From sequence record SRR20825006_1150: 56,908 nt of DNA; one strand, written 5' to 3'. How positions within the stretch are numbered: the stretch's first letter is position 1; every line of letters starts with the position of its first letter. Under the pieces are notes generated by a model. That model worked only from the letters and a program-made list of their open reading frames with translations. It did not search any database and was not told the DNA's origin. This document shows positions 9,361 to 18,806 of the stretch, piece by piece. A program made the translations under genes and the position numbers.

Positions 9361-11208
9361 TCACTTCGAACGCGTGCTGGCCAGCACTTCCGGTTCAGCT
9401 TCCATTGGCAATTGATAGCAAGCTGCTTCTTGCGAATTGCGGACATACAATCGATCACCAATGACGGCCGGGTGGTTCCACGTTTTGCCCTCAATTGCCT
9501 GAAACGTCGACAATTCTTGATGCTTTGACGGGTTCGCCTCCAACAAAACAATCTCACCTCGCTCACTGACAACCAGCAGCACATCCAAGTCCGCCAGCAT
9601 CAATACTTGCCCTTTGCCGTACCGTCCACGTTTCCAATTTCGTTTGCCGGATTTCAAGTCAATGCAGGTGAAGATTTCTGCGTCAAAACCGTAAGCGTGA
9701 CCGTCATGAATCACAAAGTCGTTGAAGTCGGGCTTTAACTTTCGCGATGACCAGCGTTCCTCGACCGCGAAACCACTTTCCGTCGGAGTCATCTCGAGGC
9801 ACCGTGTTTCCTCCTGGCTGGCCAAAACAACCATTCCGTCCGAGAAAACCTGAGGCTGCACGGCGCTGTAGCCATCCAACTTCCAGTCGTAGTCGCATCG
9901 CGATTCGCCGGTTGCTGGATCCAGAACATTCATTCCGGCATTGGTGAACATGACCACGTACTTCTCGCCCGAAAGCGTCAGCAACTGTGCCGAGCTGTAG
10001 GAATGGTCGCCGGCCGCGGCGGACCATTTCAGATCGCCTGACTCGACGTCAAACGCGAGTGTTCCCTTGTCGCCATTTCCTCCCGCGTGAACGACCACAA
10101 CCGAGCCGACCACCAATGGTGAGGAGGAAAATCCCCACATCGGAGGCTCCCGGTCAGCCACTTCTCGCAAATCCACTTCCCAAATTTTTTCGCCACTCTT
10201 CGCATCCAACCGTTGCAACTGTCCGCTCGCACCTTGCGCAAAGACACTTCCGCCGAACAGCGTCGGTGTTGCTCGGGGACCTGGACCTCCGAGCGGATCA
10301 AAAAATCGCGATTCAATTTCCTGGGACCAAACCTCTTTCCCAGCGTCCGCTGTGTAACAAACGACCGTTTCTTTCTCGCCTCGTTGTTCCTGGGTGAACA
10401 ACAGGTTTCCCGCAACCGCAAATGACGACCATCCAGGACCAACGGGGACCTTCCAAACCAATTCGGGCTTCTTTGTTGACCAATCCGTCAGCATCGGCGG
10501 TCCATGTTGCTGGCTCACTCCGTCAGGCCCACGAAACTGAGGCCACTGCGGGTTGGTGAGCCATTCGTCCATCTCATCCAACGAACTCACGACATCACTG
10601 GTAGGCGGCGCATCCGATCGATCAGCCAACATCAATTCTTCCGCGGTTGGCTCCCATCGCCAATGCAAATCCAACGCGAAGTTGCCCCACATCCCTTCGT
10701 TTCGCAGCAATGTGGTATATCCGAATCCGCAGAGCGTCAGAAGCAAAACGATGATTGTCCGGCCGAACGAAAGCCATCGGCTCAATAGCACTGCACCAAT
10801 TCCAAACGCTGCTGTCCCGAATGGAACGGCGACCATCATGATGCCGGGTCCAATCATTGTCTCGTCCAGCGAATAAATGCATCCGCCAGCGATCATCAAT
10901 GCACCAAAGAATCCAACCAGACGTTCTTTCATGGTGGCACGACTGAACGTCAGCCACCACAGCCATATCAATCCGCCCAGGATCACTGGACCAATCACCG
11001 CAACCATCAGCAACATGATCGGTGCGTCTTCTACCATTCCTGGTACAAAACGAGCGATTGCCATACCCAGCAACAACACCACGGCGGGCCAAGTCCGTAA
11101 CGGTTTGAGAACGCTGGCAGATTGGTCACCCGCAGCATGCCCCGTCGCCGATTGCTCGGTTGAGGCGTGGGGGCTTCCTTCGTTGGGTTCAGATGGAACT
11201 TCGTTCAT
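9361..11208 (-). CDS. Membrane-anchored PQQ-like beta-propeller repeat protein
   Basis: About 5 N-terminal TM helices, then WPQFRGP, GPGWSS, GPRATP, SSPLV, G..W repeats and TWNHPAV. Confidence 0.85.
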   Translation of the reverse strand: MNEVPSEPNEGSPHASTEQSATGHAAGDQSASVLKPLRTWPAVVLLLGMAIARFVPGMVEDAPIMLLMVAVIGPVILGGLIWLWWLTFSRATMKERLVGFFGALMIAGGCIYSLDETMIGPGIMMVAVPFGTAAFGIGAVLLSRWLSFGRTIIVLLLTLCGFGYTTLLRNEGMWGNFALDLHWRWEPTAEELMLADRSDAPPTSDVVSSLDEMDEWLTNPQWPQFRGPDGVSQQHGPPMLTDWSTKKPELVWKVPVGPGWSSFAVAGNLLFTQEQRGEKETVVCYTADAGKEVWSQEIESRFFDPLGGPGPRATPTLFGGSVFAQGASGQLQRLDAKSGEKIWEVDLREVADREPPMWGFSSSPLVVGSVVVVHAGGNGDKGTLAFDVESGDLKWSAAAGDHSYSSAQLLTLSGEKYVVMFTNAGMNVLDPATGESRCDYDWKLDGYSAVQPQVFSDGMVVLASQEETRCLEMTPTESGFAVEERWSSRKLKPDFNDFVIHDGHAYGFDAEIFTCIDLKSGKRNWKRGRYGKGQVLMLADLDVLLVVSERGEIVLLEANPSKHQELSTFQAIEGKTWNHPAVIGDRLYVRNSQEAACYQLPMEAEPEVLASTRSK

Positions 11209-11266
11209 GGATGATCTCTTCCTCGCTCGCTGGACGAACTTCGATTGGTCGGTTCACGTCAGGACC

Positions 11267-12610
11267 TTAGACCCAGGCGGGCTCCCAGCCTTTGCGATAG
11301 GGTTTCGTGATCCACCGCTGTGCTTCGGCGTGATTTGTGATTTGCATCGAGTCGGTGTCCCAGTGCAATTCTTGACCTGGGAAACGGATCCCGATCGTTC
11401 CTAGCAACACCGCTTCGGTTAGCGGGCCGGCATAGTCAAAGTGGGAGGTCGTTTCCGCAGCTCCGCGACAAGCGTCTGCCCATTGAGTGTAGTGGTCGAC
11501 CGACGAAATCACCGGCAAGTCTTCCGCCAACGTTTGATCCGCCATGTAAACTTGCGGCATCGCGACATGAGGGATCACCAACGATCCTTTTTCGCCAACT
11601 AGAACCGATCCCGCGCCTGGCAACTTTGCATCGACTGGAATATGCCCCAATCGTTCTCGCGGCGGCGATACACCCACGGCGTCATACCAAGTGACCGGCA
11701 GCGTGGACTCTGCCGTGTATTTTGTTCCGAGGAACTCATACCGCACAGTCGCTCGATCCGTCCAGGTCTCCCGCATCAGTTCGGGTGCTTCGGCCGTCAA
11801 CTTGGTCGGCGATTCGATTTGCAACGCTTTGAACACCGGATCCAAAATGTGGCAACCAAAGTCACCCAACTGCCCGGTGCCATAAGCCTGCCAACCACGC
11901 CAATTGAATGGGTGATACATCCCGATTTTGTACGGACGCTCCATCGCGACGCCCTGCCAAAGATCCCATCGAACATGAGAAGGCACCGAATCGTTTCGGC
12001 TGGGACGTGGAATGTGACGCGGCCAAGAAGGTTGACCGCCCTGCCAAGAGTGCACCTCTTTGACTTTGCCAATCATGCCTTCGTGAATCAGATGGACTGC
12101 CGTTCGATAGGCTGAGTGTGATTGGATTTGGTTGCACATTTGGGTGACCACGCCATGCTTCTTCGCTGCCTTCCGCATTTGCCGGGCTTCCATCACCGTG
12201 TGCGTCAGCGGTTTTTGGCAGAAGACATGTTTGCCCAACTGCATCGCGGGCAGAGAAATTGGTGCATGCATGAAGTCTGGTGTCGAAACCAATACGCCCT
12301 GGACATCACCGCTTTCGTCAAGCAATCTCCGCCAATCATCGTATTGACGCGCTGAGGAAAACTTTTCGGCTGCCTGTCCGAGGTGTTTTGCCGAGCTATC
12401 GATGTCACAAAGTCCGACCACATCGACATTCGGGCTCGCTGCAACGCCAAGCAAATCGCTCCAACCTTTGCCGCCGGTTCCGACACTCGCGATTTGCAAA
12501 CGTTCGTTTGCACCGTAGACACGCGAGTATTGCATCGCAGAGAGCGTGATCGCAGTTCCTGCGATCGTAGTGGACTTTAAGAAGGAACGACGATCCTTGG
12601 CATGATGCAC
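11267..12610 (-). CDS. Gfo/Idh/MocA-family oxidoreductase (Tat signal)
   Basis: DRRSFLK Tat motif; GTGGKG, STPDFMH, KHVFCQKP and GQLGDFGCH motifs. GTG at 12610 has GGAG upstream (ORF track start 12655). Confidence 0.9.
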   Translation of the reverse strand: MHHAKDRRSFLKSTTIAGTAITLSAMQYSRVYGANERLQIASVGTGGKGWSDLLGVAASPNVDVVGLCDIDSSAKHLGQAAEKFSSARQYDDWRRLLDESGDVQGVLVSTPDFMHAPISLPAMQLGKHVFCQKPLTHTVMEARQMRKAAKKHGVVTQMCNQIQSHSAYRTAVHLIHEGMIGKVKEVHSWQGGQPSWPRHIPRPSRNDSVPSHVRWDLWQGVAMERPYKIGMYHPFNWRGWQAYGTGQLGDFGCHILDPVFKALQIESPTKLTAEAPELMRETWTDRATVRYEFLGTKYTAESTLPVTWYDAVGVSPPRERLGHIPVDAKLPGAGSVLVGEKGSLVIPHVAMPQVYMADQTLAEDLPVISSVDHYTQWADACRGAAETTSHFDYAGPLTEAVLLGTIGIRFPGQELHWDTDSMQITNHAEAQRWITKPYRKGWEPAWV

Positions 12611-12810
12611 AGCAGGTCTCCATTCGAGGCGAGGGAGGGGAGATGGGGCAGGCAACCGCGATGCGATTGGGTCTGCATCATACCGGATCCTCCACCTTCA
12701 GGCGTGCATCGCAGATGGGTGCCGAGGGCACGGTCGAAATCGATGTGGATCGGACGAGCGCCCTGACCTGCCACAGTTCGCCAACCATCGAAGAATGCTG
12801 AATGCAAACG

Positions 12811-12846
12811 AAAAAAGCCGGCAAGGTGAATTCACCTCGCCGGCTT
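12811..12846 (-). terminator. Intrinsic terminator after the beta-barrel gene
   Basis: Minus strand AAGCCGGCGAGGTGAATTCACCTTGCCGGCTTTTTT: long hairpin followed by U6. Confidence 0.85.
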
Positions 12847-12884
12847 CAATGATGTGATCAGCTAGCAGTGGAACGATGACTGAA

Positions 12885-14111
12885 TTAGCGGTTCAGTTCG
12901 ATCCCGAATGTTCCGCCAACCGCCAAGAAATTTTGGTCAGATGGCCCAATCATGGTACCCGCATCGCTTTCGTGTCCCGCTCGTCCAAGCCCCTTGGCTA
13001 GGTCGAAGATTTGGAAGCCGCCGCGGACATGAATCATGTTCGTCAACTGGTAGCCCATTTCTGCTCGAGCGTCATATCCGATGAAAAATCTCTCATCACG
13101 ATAGTGCTCCAGCTTGTTCTGAGTCCGGTAGAACGATGTGACTTCCGAATCAGCACCGAAGCCATCGTAGAACGTGTTCTCAGACTGAGCGTATCGCGTT
13201 GCGTGCTGCAAGTTCACGCCGCTGAAGGCACGAAACTCAAGCGAGTAGCGGAAGCGATTCACGAATTTGAAGTACCGGAAACCGAGTTGCAACGTGTACA
13301 TCTCGTTTTCAACTTCGGACAGGTCCTGGTCCAAACGTTCGTAGGCGTCATCGCTGATACCGAGGTCGACGAAGTATGGATTTTCTGTCAGCTCGGTTGT
13401 GCCCGGCAGAATCACCGCACCGTCTTCACGAGTCCGCGAGTAGGTGTTCGTCAAAGCTCGGTCGTCCAATGTGACGAATTTGACACCGACCATTGGCTCA
13501 AGGATCCCACCGTAGTGATACGGTTCCATCCGCCAAGTTTTATTGATTTCGTAGGTGTCATACTCGACGGAGTTCGTCGAACGGCCAGCTTCGTAGAACC
13601 GAGTGTCGTAACCGAAGTTGTTGTTGTCATCGGTCAGAACGTTCTGTCCGAATTGACCACCCGGAAACTCGGGTTCACCTTCCAACTGAGTCACGTTGAG
13701 GCGGTTGATCCGTTCGATGCGAGTGAACTCACCTGCACCGATGTCTAGATCCGACCACCCGAACAACCAACCGGTGTCCTTTTGTGGCGTCATGTAGCCA
13801 AACTCGTATCGGTGTCCATCGCCGAAGTCGAGCTGATACTCGCCGCTGTCGCCGCCGAGCGTCGTCGCTTCACCTTCAGGGCGTTTGCCCCACATGTGCA
13901 GCTTGTCGTAGGTTCCGAACCAGCCCGTGTGAGCCCGTTTCTTTGGTTTCGTGTCCACGATGTCAGCATCGTAGATCGGCTCGAACCATTGAAAGTCTGG
14001 GTCAAACGCGAAGGGGTCCGCCAAAGCATGCTCCTGGGCAGACACCGAAGCGCCACCAGCAAATACCGCCAGGGCTGCCAATAGTTTTGCAGTCAGCTTC
14101 CGTACCGACAT
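12885..14111 (-). CDS. Putative outer-membrane beta-barrel protein (BBP7-like)
   Basis: Sec signal peptide and many aromatic amphipathic strands (GHRYEFGY, QLGFRY, RAEMGYQLT, VRGGFQ); C-terminus GGTFGIELNR. Confidence 0.65.
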   Translation of the reverse strand: MSVRKLTAKLLAALAVFAGGASVSAQEHALADPFAFDPDFQWFEPIYDADIVDTKPKKRAHTGWFGTYDKLHMWGKRPEGEATTLGGDSGEYQLDFGDGHRYEFGYMTPQKDTGWLFGWSDLDIGAGEFTRIERINRLNVTQLEGEPEFPGGQFGQNVLTDDNNNFGYDTRFYEAGRSTNSVEYDTYEINKTWRMEPYHYGGILEPMVGVKFVTLDDRALTNTYSRTREDGAVILPGTTELTENPYFVDLGISDDAYERLDQDLSEVENEMYTLQLGFRYFKFVNRFRYSLEFRAFSGVNLQHATRYAQSENTFYDGFGADSEVTSFYRTQNKLEHYRDERFFIGYDARAEMGYQLTNMIHVRGGFQIFDLAKGLGRAGHESDAGTMIGPSDQNFLAVGGTFGIELNR

Positions 14112-14515
14112 CGTTGTTCCACCGTCATGCTAGGAGTTGCCGTCACGTTCGATTGAGAACTCGCTCAATCAACGTCACTGCTGATCACTGTTAAGTCCCG
14201 CCGCCGCCCCACTTTCTGAGCAAACCGCATTGGGTTGTGCCGGTAGTATCGGTTCGTCTGATCGAAAAGGCTTAGCCAGATTGCTGGTCAAAACGGTAAA
14301 TCCTTCAAAAACTGATCCACCGCACCTTTCGTTTCGAGAGGATTCACCTGCCTAATCAGCGCATCTTTCCATGCTGATCGCGATCCTTCGACTTCGGCGT
14401 TTCCAATTGGAAAGCCACTGCAGCAGATGTGCTGCCGCGATGTGGCGGAACCACGCAATCATTCGCCTTCGAATTGATCTTGTTGCCAGGAGGCTCCGAT
14501 CGGCACAATCCCGCC

Positions 14516-15874
14516 ATGCCGACGTCCCCCTCCCAATCGCACTCCACGGCCGATACGCCGAACCCTTTCTCGATTGCTTTGCCTCCCGCCAGCGGAGCGA
14601 AGCAAAGGTTCGTGCACGCCCTGCAGTTCCTTGGAATCGCGGCCGCGATCACGACGGTTTGGTTGCTGGTCACCGTCTACGGCAAACAATATCTGCTGAA
14701 CCAATTGGTCCAGGAACTTCCGACGCTCAACGCCACCGAGAAAAGCGACCGACTGATCCAAATCGCTGGTTTCGGCATCGACGCCATTGAACCGTTGTCA
14801 GCAAACTTGATCGATGACGAGGACGCGGTTTCAGAAGTTGCTTTCGGACTTCTCAATCAACTGCAAAATGATTGGACAACCCTTTCGCCGGAGATGGCTG
14901 CCCGCTCGCATCAACGGCTGATCGATGGCGTGCGCAATAACATTGCGACCAAGCCGTCCACCGACTGGACCGCACGGCAAACCGCTCGCACCCGTTCGCT
15001 CCTTCGACAAACAATGCTCGAATTCGCGGGCACCGAGACACTCGGCAACGTTGAATTAACCGACGAACTTCGTCAAATGATCGCAGAGGTTTCACAAAGC
15101 TCACGCGACACGTTGGCCCAACTGGACAATTCGGTGCGAACTCTGGCAAAAGCTCCTTTGGCGTCGAAAGCCTCGGAGCAACTGCCAAACGCAGACACCG
15201 ATTCGATGTGGACCGATTGGCCTCCATCGCGTCCCGTCGCGATCATTCGTTCGGGAACATCGGATTCGCAATCAATCCAAGTTCAAGAGACAGCCACCCG
15301 ATTGCAGTCCGCTGGTTCGCCAGAAACCAATGGCGGGCAACTGGAATCGGTCCCCGATGGCGTCACGATTCCATTGACTCAGGTTCCATCCCCATCTGAT
15401 GAATCCCTGGTCCATCGAGTCCCTGAGTTGCCGCGATTGGCACGCTCCGCTGACGAGCGAGTCATCCGCGTCAACGCGGAGCTGACCGGATCTCCATTCA
15501 CCGCGATGGACGACGAAACCATCTTGCGGCACTTGGGCAATCCCGATGGATCGCTGGCCGAACAAGCTCGCGCCGAATTGATCGAACGCGGCTTTACAAA
15601 CGTGCAACTTGAGTTCGGAACAGCGATCGCAATCGCCCAACCCAAGGACCGGATCACGCTAATTGACTCGATGTTGAAATCAGGAGGCCTGAACGCATGG
15701 CCGTGGTTGTCGATGTTGCTCGACGATCCAGATCGTCAGGTACGATTGCACGTGATCTCGATCTTGGCCCCATCGAAAAACCGAACCGTCAAACAGCGTT
15801 TGCAAGAACGCTTGAAAGCCGAATCGGATTTGATCGTGGAAACGAGGCTCCGCAAAGTCCTCGAACTCCGGTAG
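14516..15874 (+). CDS. Membrane-anchored HEAT-repeat-like hypothetical protein
   Basis: Single TM helix; HEAT-like motifs (LIDDEDAVSEVA, LLDDPDRQVRLHVI) separated by a low-complexity linker. ATG at 14516. Confidence 0.7.
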   Translation: MPTSPSQSHSTADTPNPFSIALPPASGAKQRFVHALQFLGIAAAITTVWLLVTVYGKQYLLNQLVQELPTLNATEKSDRLIQIAGFGIDAIEPLSANLIDDEDAVSEVAFGLLNQLQNDWTTLSPEMAARSHQRLIDGVRNNIATKPSTDWTARQTARTRSLLRQTMLEFAGTETLGNVELTDELRQMIAEVSQSSRDTLAQLDNSVRTLAKAPLASKASEQLPNADTDSMWTDWPPSRPVAIIRSGTSDSQSIQVQETATRLQSAGSPETNGGQLESVPDGVTIPLTQVPSPSDESLVHRVPELPRLARSADERVIRVNAELTGSPFTAMDDETILRHLGNPDGSLAEQARAELIERGFTNVQLEFGTAIAIAQPKDRITLIDSMLKSGGLNAWPWLSMLLDDPDRQVRLHVISILAPSKNRTVKQRLQERLKAESDLIVETRLRKVLELR

Positions 15875-15905
15875 TCGGAAGCAGCGGATTCGCGTCGAGG
15901 TGAAC

Positions 15906-16799
15906 TCACTTCGTCAAAGCATCTCGGATGTAAGCCGGACGATTGGTCGTGATGCTGACGAAGTCGAGCTCGACCAACCGCTTGGCAACCTTGGCATCGT
16001 CGATTGTCCAACCGTGCATTTCGCAACCGATGTCACGAACGGCGTCGCAGAACGTTTCATTGAGAACCGAACCGACCAGTTCAGGTTTGACCTGAGTCCC
16101 AAATCCGGAGGCGTTGGTTGACTTCAATTGATCAGTCACGCTGCCGAGGGTCGGTTTCCAGCCTCTGGGCGATTGCTTCTTGTACGACGACAACCAGTTC
16201 GCTTCGTAGGGCATCATCTCACGAGCTTGGCGAACGACCTCATCGTTGAAGCAGATGATCGTGATTTGCTCGGGTTTGAGCGAGCATTCTTCCAATTGTT
16301 GCTTCAAGATTGGCAAGATCTCGGGGCCACATTTAATTTCGATGAAGATTCCCTTCCCATCGGGGACTGTGCCCATGACTTCCTTCAAAGTTGGGATGCG
16401 TTCGCCGGTGTAACGTTCGTGTTTCCAGGCTCCGACGTCCAACTTGCGAAGCTGTTCCAAGGTTGCCTCAGACACCTTCAGGGAAGGCGATTCCGGTGCG
16501 GTGCGGGCCGTTGTCTTGTCGTGCAAACAGACGATCTCTCCATCAGCCGACAAATAGAAGTCGCCTTCGATTGCGTCGGCGTCCTCTTCCCAAGCCAGAT
16601 TGAATGCGGACACCGTGTTTTCCGGGGCGGTGTAGGAAGCACCACGGTGCGCCACAATCATCGGCAAAGGCTTGGTTTTCGGCGTGTTCTCATTACCGCG
16701 AACGTTTTGCAGCGAGCCTAAACCGAGGCATGCAACAAAAGAAAACGCCGCCGCGAAACGAGTCGCGGCGGCGAAGAAGGTTGTGTCAATCGATGTCAT
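15906..16799 (-). CDS. Glycerophosphodiester phosphodiesterase family protein
   Basis: IVAHRGAS..APENT..AF, ADAIEGD, HD..., IPTLKEV, IEIK and ITTNRP motifs. Start is either 16799 (with signal peptide) or 16661. Confidence 0.92.
   Translation of the reverse strand: MTSIDTTFFAAATRFAAAFSFVACLGLGSLQNVRGNENTPKTKPLPMIVAHRGASYTAPENTVSAFNLAWEEDADAIEGDFYLSADGEIVCLHDKTTARTAPESPSLKVSEATLEQLRKLDVGAWKHERYTGERIPTLKEVMGTVPDGKGIFIEIKCGPEILPILKQQLEECSLKPEQITIICFNDEVVRQAREMMPYEANWLSSYKKQSPRGWKPTLGSVTDQLKSTNASGFGTQVKPELVGSVLNETFCDAVRDIGCEMHGWTIDDAKVAKRLVELDFVSITTNRPAYIRDALTK
16737..16773 (-). terminator. Intrinsic terminator after the DUF1598 gene (overlaps GDPD 5' end)
   Basis: Minus strand CGCCGCCGCGA-CTCGTT-TCGCGGCGGCG-TTTTCTTTT: perfect 11-bp stem followed by a U-tract. 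Confidence 0.75.
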
Positions 16800-16805
16800 C
16801 TTGAA

Positions 16806-18227
16806 TCAGTCCCACCACCATTGGCCGGGTGCCAGCTGATCTGGCCCCGAGGATTGTTTGACCTGCACGTGCTGGCCTTCGGTGTCGATTGTGACGTGGT
16901 CCTTCTTCAGTGCAATCCGTGGTTGAACGTTCACGCCGCCACCCAAAGGAGTCATTAAGGTGTTGCCTCGCCAGATCGCATTGACGGCTGTTTCGACCTT
17001 CTCGGGTGCGGTGTAAGTCTGCACGCTGACCTTGCCTTCGTCGCCCAAAACCGGCATCGACCAGTTGGCTTGTCCGTAGAAGTCTTGCTCGTGAATGTAA
17101 GCCGCGGCAATCGACAGATCGATCAACTGACGCAACTCGGCGTACACGCGAACGCGGTCTGCGATTTGGTTGTACTTCTCGGTGAACTCTTTCGTGAACG
17201 CTTGGCTGGCGCGATTCACGCGACCGGTTCCAACACGAGCACCGTCGCCTTGAACGCGTTCATTGGCACCGACCAACTGAACACCACGTTCATTGATTCG
17301 CATCGCCAAGTTGTCTTCGCTAACGGACACACCGTCGTAGTTGGGTTGGAAGTACCAACGTTCCATAGAATTTGCTGAAACACTGACCGGGTTGGTGCGT
17401 GACACATAGCTGCGGACTGGAACGGGCAGTTGCTCCAAACCGATGCCGATCAACTTCATTCGGTAGTCGGCCTCGACCAACACGCGAGCGAAGTGGCTGG
17501 CCGCTGGGATGCCTTCGATGGTGACTGTTTGCAGACCGAGGTTTTGCTTGAGTCCACGAACGAGTTGCTGTGTGTCTCCGCGGCCGGCACGCCCACCGAC
17601 TTGAACGAGAAACTGCTGCATCCGCTGCAGACCTTCCGGGGTCGGATCGATCGAGACTGAGATCACTCGAGCGGGTTTGCCCTGCGGTGGGAAGGCTCGA
17701 AGAGCGACAACGACGTCTTCCAAAAGAACGCTTGGACGTCCCGACTGCATCCCGACGAAGCGGTCCGTTGCGTCAGCAACATAACCTTCGGCTGGGCCAG
17801 CCAAAACGATGTCGTTGGAGTCAGGGTAGAAGAACACGTACTGGACGGAGGTCAGGCCGGCCATCGCGAGCATTTCAGCGGGAAGTGGACGATCGGCGTC
17901 GACATATTCGGAAATGGCGGCTTCCAAACGATTCAGCGAAACCTTCCGCAGTTCGCTCGATTCCATCGCTTCGCCGGGAGCCGCGTTGGCTCGCGATTGC
18001 ATCCAATGTTGGCGAGCCAAACGGGGATCGATGGTTCGAACTTTCAAAACGCCCGCGGCATCGACGTCCACACCAGCAGGCTGGCTGCCAAAGTTGTTCG
18101 TGACATCACCGCCACCGCCGCCACCGTCTTGGCCGAAGCTGGAGGGAACCAACGCAATCGCCATGAACGCTGCGAACGCGAAACTGGCCAAGGTGCGAAT
18201 TCGAGAATGGCGATCGATCAGTCGCAT
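16806..18227 (-). CDS. DUF1598 domain protein (secreted)
   Basis: Signal peptide, Gly-rich linker, and motifs GVDVDAAGVL, LRKVSLNRLE, DIVLAGPAE, SIDP, ARVLVEADYRMKLIGIG and GGV; ends WWWD. Confidence 0.85.
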   Translation of the reverse strand: MRLIDRHSRIRTLASFAFAAFMAIALVPSSFGQDGGGGGGDVTNNFGSQPAGVDVDAAGVLKVRTIDPRLARQHWMQSRANAAPGEAMESSELRKVSLNRLEAAISEYVDADRPLPAEMLAMAGLTSVQYVFFYPDSNDIVLAGPAEGYVADATDRFVGMQSGRPSVLLEDVVVALRAFPPQGKPARVISVSIDPTPEGLQRMQQFLVQVGGRAGRGDTQQLVRGLKQNLGLQTVTIEGIPAASHFARVLVEADYRMKLIGIGLEQLPVPVRSYVSRTNPVSVSANSMERWYFQPNYDGVSVSEDNLAMRINERGVQLVGANERVQGDGARVGTGRVNRASQAFTKEFTEKYNQIADRVRVYAELRQLIDLSIAAAYIHEQDFYGQANWSMPVLGDEGKVSVQTYTAPEKVETAVNAIWRGNTLMTPLGGGVNVQPRIALKKDHVTIDTEGQHVQVKQSSGPDQLAPGQWWWD

Positions 18228-18806
18228 CGGTGGATTCTTTTGCAGAGAAGAACGTCGAGGGTGAGAATGAGGGCCGACGTCGATCGGATTCCGACCGGCA
18301 GCCAAAGGTCAGTCTAATAACGCCCGCCGAAAACCTCAACGAAATTCCTGAGGACCTTTTCACGGGAGCTTACAAGAGCCCGCGGCCCCCTTCTTCACCC
18401 TCGACAGGCGATGGCGGCGGTCATCCCCCGTCGGCCGAAAGCTGGCCCCGCTTCGACCGCGGCCACGCTAACGCCCCCCATGTGCGACCGTTTCTTTGAC
18501 GCCCACCCGATAATCTCCAGCCTGGCGAATGGGGCAACGACGCCGGACACCCCAGATTTCCCGTACACGCCCACGCTCGCTTCTACAGCGGCCCCGCCGA
18601 GAGGCGAGATTGGGACGGTTAAAGCGGTTGGAATGCCCTGAGCCAAGAGTGTATGGAGCCAAACGGAGCGCACAAACAGTGTCCAGGCCTTTTCGCCGTG
18701 CCCCAGTCATTTACACTGCTGGCCCGCGTGAGCCGCTGCGGCACGCTTGGATCGCCGCAACCCGGGTCGTCACGTCCCCGTCTAACACACGAACAAAAGT
18801 ACAGCT

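Noticed and set aside
9361-11208. BamB or PQQ dehydrogenase call
   Set aside because: Has a multi-TM N-terminus, no lipobox and no recognisable catalytic motifs; it is a generic planctomycete propeller.
14245-14275. Sigma-28-like promoter (TAAG...ACCGATAC) upstream of the barrel gene
   Set aside because: The spacer is 17 nt versus the canonical 15; too weak to call.
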